Assembly: GCA_051294375.1 (NCBI GenBank)
Contig: JBJCIZ010000169.1
Coordinates: 1 to 15,476 of the forward strand
Length of the DNA stretch: 15,476 nucleotides
Direction: 5' to 3'
From: Paraspadella gotoi
Taxonomy: Eukaryota > Animalia > Chaetognatha
Within the stretch, counting starts at the first letter, position 1. The number at the start of each line of letters is the position of its first letter. The notes under the pieces were generated by a model. The model did not search any database and was not told the origin of the DNA. It saw only the letters and a program-made list of their open reading frames with translations. This document shows positions 7,829 through 15,476 of this stretch, piece by piece. The translations under genes were made by a program, and so were the position numbers.

Positions 7829-10800
7829 ATGGATGTATAACGCTAAAAGTCTCCTTGCGGAAGCGAACAGATGGGCCATCATACTTCACACATGATAAAA
7901 AAATGGGCAGGCTGAATCGGGAAGAAAGAACCAAGAGAAAAACGAGAAGCCAAGGTACTGGATGACTGGTATTGACTTGCCGAGAAGCGGGAGATAGATA
8001 AGCAGAAATAGAAAGAGAAGGGAGAATATACAGCACTCATAAGTTATCAGAGATCTAAAGCAAAAAGTCGATTGAACCATGGATCGTACTCCGACCATGA
8101 TGTTGAAAAAAAGAGGGCGGAAGCATGAGTTTCCACGTGCGGAAAGAAATATATTACGTAGATAATGAGAAAAGAAGATGAAAAAAAAGAATAGAATAAC
8201 GAAAGATCGAGCAAAATTTTAAAGATAGGATAATAACGTCACCGGAACGAAAAGGACAAATAAAAGTGAACCAAATGGTTTTAACAGTGTTTCGCGTTCC
8301 TGAACAATAGCAAATATTCAATGAGCAAAATAGTAATGAATTCATAGTTTATTCATGATGGATATGCTGAAGGATTCATGGGCGACACAGAGAAAAAAAG
8401 CTTGACGACAGAGATGGACAAAGGCGAAGATAATAAAGCCAGACCAGGTGCGATAGACAAGCTCAAAGGCGTAACTCGTTGCCCACACTTTCGACTAAAC
8501 AAACTGATCCTATAACACGAGAGGCAGTTGGAAATGAGAGAGAGTGGAGAGTAGAAGCGTAGAACGACAGCAAAAGGAAAACAAGGAAAACGACGTGATC
8601 CGGTAGTGAGCATGTATACGGGGAAAAATGAGAGAAAGAGGTCGCTAAATAAGGAGGAAGCAAATGCATCGAGCACACATGGAGCTGGACGGGGGCAAAT
8701 ACGGCATGCTGAAAGGTTTTTTCGTTGAATAATTGAACAGAACGAAAAATAGACGAGAGACAGAAAAAATGAAAAAATAAATAATGGTTTTTTAGGAGAA
8801 GCAATAGAAAACTAAGAGATCATTAAGATAAGAAAAGGAAAATGTCCGCACATTAAGACGAAAAGTTTGAATGATCATATCAAAATCAAGTAATTAAATC
8901 TGTTGTTTATTATTTACGGCACTTCCAGCACAATATTTACAGAAAGAAAAAGTCACCAAAATCTCGAAGACCAGAAAGCATGAAACGCAGTTCCGTGGAG
9001 CTGGCCGATAGCACACTCGGAATCGAGTTGAATAAGACTCGACGCGCCTATTCGTAATGATAGGCACCTCATTTGAAAATACAAGTAGGAGGAAATCAAT
9101 ATAACAAAGAAACTTCGCAGCACCCGCAAAGTACAATATCAGTCCATGTTGACAGACATATTAAATGATCTGATCAGACGTTGAAACATAGTCGGCGTTT
9201 AATGAACTACCAAAGTGTTTGTCTGAGTTAACTGGTAACTGAACAAGAAAAGATATTTTCTAACGTTTCAATTAGAATAAGCCATGGACAAGTCATCCAA
9301 AGGCAAAAAATATGCAAAATCGCCCGGAAAATGAATAACTGACTTTATTGAATATCTCCTTTTTCGGTTAAATGTGATTGTTAATTTTGTAAGATTTTAG
9401 CAAAATAACAATTAGCATATATGGATCCCAACCGAGGCAAATGAACGAATAATGAGAAACCTTCAAAACCCAGGCCCGAGATCCAAGATCAGACGGATTC
9501 CGCTAGTAAAGCCAAGACGTTCGAAACAAAATGGCCTGAGATCGAGCATTGCACAAAGCAGGACATGGCCCGGAACAATCTTTGAGAGCACACCTAGATG
9601 AAGCTGGAATGGAACCGACGATTAATGGTTACGAAAATATTATTGTATTCCGCATTACCATCAGCACTCGAGCCGGCGTGCAAATTTCCTACAACAGAAT
9701 ACGATGGAAAGCAGGAAGAGAATGCTAGTGAGAGTGGAACGAAAGAATGGAGTTAAGAGTCCAATCGGAGAGACGATGAAAAAATCCTTTGACGAAAGAG
9801 GGGGAGAGACTAAGACGGAATATAAAGACATTGCAAATGGTTAAACTCGGTTTTAAAAGCTGGACACATAATGTAAAAATAAGCAGAAATTTCAATAATA
9901 TTAAACTGGATAAAAGAGTGAGAGTAGACATTTCAAAGAATGCGGGATTTGACGAGAACATGCTGTAAGAAAATCAAAACAAAAGTCATCTGAAAAAGAC
10001 AATCGAAAAAATTTTTGATGTGTTTACCTGTGCATATTATTTATTTAAAAGTATAATTGGTTTTCAGGGCACAGCAGATGAATGGAAAAAGTACGAAACG
10101 GAACAATAAGTATCGAGATCACAATAAAGGAGAGAATATTTCAGGCGACTATTGGCTGCAGGATGCAGTGGACATGAAAGAGAGTTTAGCGAAGGGCGAA
10201 GTCGGGTGGATGAGTACTGATTTGCGATTCAAACGACATATGTTTCGGTATTGATACAGAGAATTGTTATTAGCGAGTGAGTCGTGGTAACTAAACTCCA
10301 ACGACTTCTTGGAAGGAATAACGGAGTACGAGAGAAAATTCGCGATGAAAAAACGAAGAAGGGAGACGATGGAGAAGAAGAGAGTGAGAGGAGAGAAATA
10401 TCGATGAAAACGGAGAGAACGATCCACTGGAAGAAGACGAGCTCGCAAACGAGGAAGAAGACGATAACGAAAACGAAACGCACCACCTGGTACCATATAA
10501 ACATTCGACGAGACAGAGGAATTCGACTTATCTAATATCCGAATAACTCAAATCAAAGTTGATATTGAATTGTTATTTGTTATTGTTTAAAATTCAAAGC
10601 TTTTACAGAAAAAATTTAGGGCGTACAGCAGGAACCAGAAAAGACGAGGTCAGACGATGAAGACGAAGATGAAACAGAGAAGTCGAACCACCCAGAGTTG
10701 AGAGGGGACGTAACGAGACTTGAAAGGCCGACCATATATATAGAAAGACGGAAACCAGAGACGGACTACAGGAGAAAGATTTAGTTTTACGTCGATGAAC

Positions 10801-12035
10801 ACGGAAAACAATCCTGGCATAACAGAAAGAATCGAAAGACTCCACCATATACAATTGGTGCCAGATATCTTCAGACAGTGTTAGAGGAGGACGAGAGACG
10901 AGAAAAGAGTTGAGGAGAAAGAAATCTTAGAGAGCATTAGAAACTTATTTAAAAAATGAATAAACACATTGTAAAAATGTAGAAAAATTCATTGTAAGTA
11001 TTGCGTGAAAAAAGAAAAATCAAATGCTTATTCATGTGATTGATTATGTTATATATACATTAATATCAATGAGGTTAAATACAAAATTCCGTTTCCATCA
11101 AATGGCGCGACTCCGTCGACATCATGAACTTGTTCGATGACAGCGACATAGAACACTCGAAGAACTCAGTGGTGGTCGCTGCGACAGGCACAAGAGAGGG
11201 TACCGTCTACGGGTGCGATGACTGCAGCGTCGGGACTTGGAGATCTTGGGAGATCGAAAACGTTGACAAGCCTCAAGCCAATGACGGACTCATTCCTCCA
11301 GCAGAGGCCAACGCCATTAATTTACGCGGCCACAACAGAGCAGCGCCTCAGCCACTGCAACAACCACGCTGCCAATCCGCGGAAGATCCCGTGGAGAAAT
11401 ATCCTCAGCGCGGAGAATTGCCTCCACATCGACGGGCGATAATGGATACGTCTGTCCCGATTATCATTGGATCGGGAGACGAAAAAATGTTCATGATCGC
11501 TATCGAAATTTCCGCCAGAAAGAAAAAAATGAATCTATAGGATAAAAGGGCTTTTGGCGAAGAAGCTGGCGAGGAGTAGAGGTGGACGCGACGGGGACTT
11601 CGAACGCATTGGTCGCTGCAGTTACGGAGAGGAGTTGATCAGGAGTGTTGAGAGAGATGGCGTCAGTCATCAAAAGCGAAGCCGACGATCGAATCTGGAA
11701 GCGGAAAAGAAAAGTCGCCCGCGAGAAACATCGTCGTCAACGAGATGTCCGTTGCCAACGCCCGCGACGCCAACCACCGAAGAGAGCGACGGAAGTGATG
11801 ACCGGCATCAGCGAATCCAGTTCGAGCGCGTCGTCATGGACAGGAACACTTGGACGAAAAAGAAAGAAAAGGAATTATGGAAGCAAGGTGGAGAAGAGCG
11901 AGTTAAGGAGGAGGAATAGAGAAGGCTGGAGGAAAGACTAAAGAAGTAGAGAGAAAGAGGAGAATTGCAGCGGAGCTGTATGATTGAAGTGCAAGAAAGG
12001 AGCGGAGGCAGGGCTCCGTGCTACGAGCCTGCGAC
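7829..12035 (+). repeat. Copy C of g1-g7, insertion-rich (about 10% longer than copy B), probably a raw long read
   Basis: Colinear with 3553-7255: g1 ATG 7829, g2 8358, g3 8979, g4 9421, g5 ~10082, g6 ~10617, g7 11102; differences are mostly single-base insertions. Confidence 0.9.
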
Positions 12036-12060
12036 NNNNNNNNNNNNNNNNNNNNNNNNN
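12036..12060. other. 25-N gap whose flanks overlap (ctgcgac | cga[a]cgtcattgg)
   Basis: Exactly 25 N; the cgac at the left end recurs at the right start. Confidence 0.8.
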
Positions 12061-13366
12061 CGAACGTCATTGGGCGGCAGGCGTTTGGAACATCCAGTGA
12101 TAAAGTTGTGAACCCTCTCTTGTCGCATTTCCCGAGGTCGCCCAAAATCACCAGAAGCAGCCAATCCCGTCGACCGGTAGCTAGCGCCTCTTCAAAGGTT
12201 CCGTCGCCAACGCGGGAAAGGGAGAAATCTCATTGAAATGTCGACGCCAAGGACCGAAGGCGCGCCATCCAAAAAGCAAAGTCTCCGAGACTGCAACCGT
12301 CTGACGTCACCTGCGCCGCGCCACCGCGGGGCACCGCTCGCCGCCTTCATTGCTGCCGCGCTCGCTCGCCACGCAAAGAACCGCAGCGAAGGAAATGCGT
12401 ATCCGTCGTGTGGCGAAGGGAGCCGACGCGCAAGCGTCACATTTAAAAGACAATTGAAAAGTAGGCCTATTGTTTTATGTTTGTTTGTTAAGTCTCGTGC
12501 GCGAAGTAAATCCGATCAGAAAACTAACAAAAAGGACTAATAGTAATAAAAAATAGAATAAGTCAGGAAAGGGCCACGTCGAATTGTGAGACTGAGTCGA
12601 CAAATAATAGATAACCAAATAACACGTTTAACAAAATCAATAGAATAGAAAAACATCAAAGCTGAACGCTTAACTTTAAAAGTCTACGCAACGGTTAGCG
12701 AGGAAAGACTTAGAGTAAACCAAAAGATCTAGAGCAAAATTATGGAAATAAACAAACTCTGCACGAGAGGAGAAAATAAGGATAAGAGAAGTAATTGTGA
12801 GTAACCTTTAACAAATCAACAAAGAAAGAAAACGAAAAGCATAACTAGTAGATTCGCGATTTACGTTTATTTACATTTACTATTGCGTTAAAATATGCTT
12901 GTAAAAAATTCTTTAAAAAATATTCCTTACCATGTTCGGAGCTCAGAATAACAATCGAGACTCACTTTAATAATACGTAGATTTCTTGAGTGCAAGAAAG
13001 TGCGAAAAAATTAAGTCCGGGGTCTCGGATGCATCGCAACCACCAACATCGCCGCAGAATGTAGCACAGCGCACACTCAAAACATATTGGTCCCAGAAAA
13101 GAAAAAGAACTAAGGAAAAATAGACGATAAGGCAAAAGTGCAACGGTCAGGGAGTAACAACGACGAGCCGGCTGTCAGTCCATCGGCGTCGTCAAGGATA
13201 CGGATCCCTGCGGGCGCGCGTGGCGTGGAAAGATAAAGACAAAAGTAAGATAAGACGTAGTGCTAGACGCCGTACTGAGAGGAGAAAATCCGGCGAACCT
13301 AGCGAACGCGATGCCTCACATAAGAGGTTTTACGATGTCGCGAACGCGGCCGCGTCAAAGAGCCGG
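12061..13366 (+). repeat. Noisy copy of 14250-15476 (g7 Pro-rich tail, AT-rich spacer, 3' part of g8)
   Basis: Anchors 12064=14250, TAA 12446=14604, 12895=15020, 13192=15322, 13366=15476. Confidence 0.9.
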
Positions 13367-13924
13367 TCAACAGGATCGGTCGTCAGACTCAGACGTCTAC
13401 GGCCGGAACAATGTTTCGGTTATAACCCATCAAAGGAACTGAGTCAAGGATGTAGGGCCGCAAATTCATCACAGAGCAAGCCGAGAATGTGCTCCACGTG
13501 CTTCGTCAAGTCCAAGTACGGTGTCAATAACCGTGGCGCAGGTCGAATAGATGTGTGCTTGTCGCACCATAACATGGCACCATGATCTCGTCAAAAGACC
13601 CGTCAAAGTGCTGTCGTTAACGAACATGTCAAGTTGTATACGAGACGAAGCGGGAGCATCGCATGGAGACGATGCAGAAGCCAGTCCAGATCGCCATGCA
13701 GAGAGTGAGTGCGGAACGGAAGCAGGACGCCGCGGAGACGCGTCAACGTTATATCGCGAGACTGAATCATACGACGGTGGGAGCTCGTTTGCCGATGTGA
13801 GCCCGTACGGAGAGCGGATACGAAACATCGCTAGCTCGGCGAGTTCGGTTGTCCATGGAGGAGCGGAGTACTCGGGGGTGAAGCCAGGCGCCGCGAGTTT
13901 GGGAACGGGAAGTGAATCTGGTTG
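12880..13924 (-). CDS. g8, putative minus-strand gene (~320 aa, noisy), Pro/Ser-rich N-part with PPSY motif
   Basis: Minus-strand CTAAT (13961-13965), pyrimidine tract and CAG (13925-13927), then open frame QPDSLPVPKLAAPGFTPEYSAPPWTTELAELAMFRIRSPYGLTSANELPPSYDSV to 13469; 3' end inferred from the sister copy and minus-strand AATAAA. Confidence 0.45.
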
Positions 13925-14250
13925 CTGATTTGGGGAAATGAAGCTTTTGGGGAAAAAATGATTAGAATAGTGGCGAGCTACGCTGGAGTGAAATCACTAT
14001 CGCCTCATAATATTTGCCCTAATTGGCAGAAGATCATGATTTACTTGAGTACGACTATTCGTCGAGTCGTTTAAGTCGTTGTTCGACCTAGGTCTCGCGG
14101 TGGGGGAGTGTAAGGATTGGAAGTGTGGACGGGGGCTATCTGCGTAGCGTTAGTGTGGATGCTTGCATAGTCCTTACGTGCGTTACTTACGACGTCGCCG
14201 AATTTGTTTTATTTGGTGCTAGTACAAATCAGGTGTCTTCGATCCCTTTA

Positions 14251-14604
14251 CGTCATTGGGCGCAGGCGTTTGGAAAACTCCAGGATAAAGTGGAACGCCT
14301 CTCTTGTCCATTCCCGAGGTCGCCATCACCAGAAGCAGCCAATCCGTCGACCGGTAGCAGCGGCCTCTCAAAGTTCCGTCCGCCACCGGGAAAGGAGANN
14401 NNNNNNNNGTCGCCGCCAAGACCCAAGGCGCCGCCATTCAAAAAGCAACGTCTCCCGAGACTGCAACCGCTGACGTCACCGCCGCCGCCGCCACCGCNNN
14501 NNNNNNNATTGCTGCCGCCGCCGCCTCCGCCACCGCAAGAACCGCCACGAAGAAATGCGTATCCGTCGTGGGCGAAGGAGGCGACGCGCAAGCGTCACAT
14601 TTAA
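14251..14604 (+). CDS. g7 C-terminal Pro-rich/basic tail
   Basis: RHWAQAFGKLQDKVERLSCPFPRSPSPE...PPPPPP...SWAKEATRKRHI TAA; no convincing ATG of its own; in frame with 6354-7255 via GAGCCTGCGA seen at 12025-12034. Confidence 0.75.
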   Translation, partial: RHWAQAFGKLQDKVERLSCPFPRSPSPEAANPSTGSSGLSKFRPPPGKEXXXXSPPRPKAPPFKKQRLPRLQPLTSPPPPPPXXXXLLPPPPPPPQEPPRRNAYPSWAKEATRKRHI

Positions 14605-15005
14605 AGACATTTGAAAAGTAGCAATTGTTTTTATTGTTTGTTGTTAANNNNNNNNNNNNNNNNNNNNNNNNNNNNNNNNNNNNNNNNNNNNNNNNNNNNN
14701 NNNNNNNNNNNNNNNNNNNNNNNNNNNNNNNNNNNNNNNNNNNNNNNNNNNNNNNNNNNNNNNAATAAACTTTAACAAAAATAAAAAGAAAAATAAACTG
14801 AACTTAACTTTAAAAAGTCTACGCACGTTAGCGAGGAAAACTTAGAGTAAACAAAAGATCTAAGAGCAAAATTAGGAAATAAACAAACTCTGACGAGAGA
14901 GAAAATAAGGATAAGAGAAGTAAAGTGAGTAACCTTTAACAAATAACCAAAGAAAGAAAACAGAAAAGCATAACTAGCTAGATCGGATTACGTTTATTTA
15001 ATTTA
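14605..15005. terminator. AT-rich non-coding convergent 3'-end region between g7 and g8
   Basis: TTGTTTTTATTGTTTGTTG after the g7 stop; minus-strand AATAAA at 14994-14999; no credible ORF; partly N. Confidence 0.45.
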
Positions 15006-15476
15006 CTATTCGTTAAAATATGCTTGTAAAAANNNNNNNNNNNNNNNNNNNNNNNNNNNNNNNNNNNNNNNNNNNNNNNNNNNNNNNNNNNNNNNNNNNN
15101 NNNNNNNNNNNNNNNNNNNNNNNNNNNNNNNNNNNNNNNNNNNNNNNNNNNNNNNNNNNNNNNNNNNNNNNNNNNNNNNNNNNNNNNNNNNNNNNNNNNN
15201 NNNNNNNNNNNNNNNNNNNNNNNNNNNNNNNNNNNNNNNNNNNNNNNNNNNNNNNNNNNNNNNNNNNNNNNNNNNNNNNNNNNNNNNNNNNNNNNNNNNN
15301 NNNNNNNNNNNNNNNNNNNNNTCAAGGAGACGACGCCGGGCGCCGTGGCGTGGAAAGAAAAGAGTAAAGATAAAGACAAAGACATTTCCAGATGCCGTCG
15401 AAAAAGTGAAACCGGAAGCAGCGAACGCGTTTTCCAATAAAGTCGAAAATGTCGAAGCACCTCGTCAAAGAGCCGG
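15006..15476 (-). CDS. g8 3' part (cleaner copy, largely N, 5'-partial)
   Basis: Minus frame RLFDEVLRHFRLYWKTRSLLPVSLFRRHLEM...; a candidate end FLQAYFNE-TAG 15006-15008 precedes AATAAA, but the frame across the 289-N gap is uncertain. Confidence 0.4.

Noticed and set aside
264-11000. Many Phe/Ser/Leu-rich minus-strand ORFs
   Set aside because: Antisense shadows of purine-rich plus-strand genes, with no supporting signals.
3553-12035. A genuine 4.3-kb head-to-tail concatemer or circular replicon
   Set aside because: Better explained by a pasted long read, because g7 continues in frame at 14251. Not fully excluded without reads.
13220-13928. Plus-strand ORFs 13220-13585 (with CSTC) and 13551-13928
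   Set aside because: Noisy sequence; the equivalent frame stops early in the cleaner copy (TAA near 15437), and splice/polyA signals favour the minus strand.
14125-14250. Listed N-terminus of the 159-aa Pro-rich ORF
   Set aside because: Starts at GTG, lies left of the inferred junction, and has no counterpart before 12061.
1-15476. CRISPR array, tRNA, rRNA, transposase or reverse transcriptase
   Set aside because: No regular repeat-spacer pattern, cloverleaf or catalytic motif was recognised.

Overview
Eukaryotic (probably invertebrate) draft-assembly window dominated by a compact, virus-like gene block with no recognisable hallmark gene. Once the copies are reconciled, the block has at least 8 short, closely packed + strand ORFs (g0-g7, Lys/Glu/Arg-rich). 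They are separated by ~60-200 bp AT-rich spacers that typically hold a polyA-like signal, a TGTTT-rich element and a TTTYAG splice-acceptor-like site just before the next ATG. The block converges on a - strand gene (g8). It appears as several copies: 1-1600, 3553-7255, ~7256-14250 and 14251-15476. Much of this 'tandem repeat' is probably an assembly artefact. The 7-kb stretch 7256-14250 looks like an insertion-rich raw long read pasted into a 10-nt gap inside g7. Removing it joins 6354-7255 to 14251-14604 in frame as one ~421-aa acidic/coiled-coil/Pro-rich protein. Host-like DNA with microsatellites, GC-rich hairpins and CCAAT boxes lies at 1600-3500. No gene symbol can be assigned from the sequence alone. 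Labels g0-g8 are my own.
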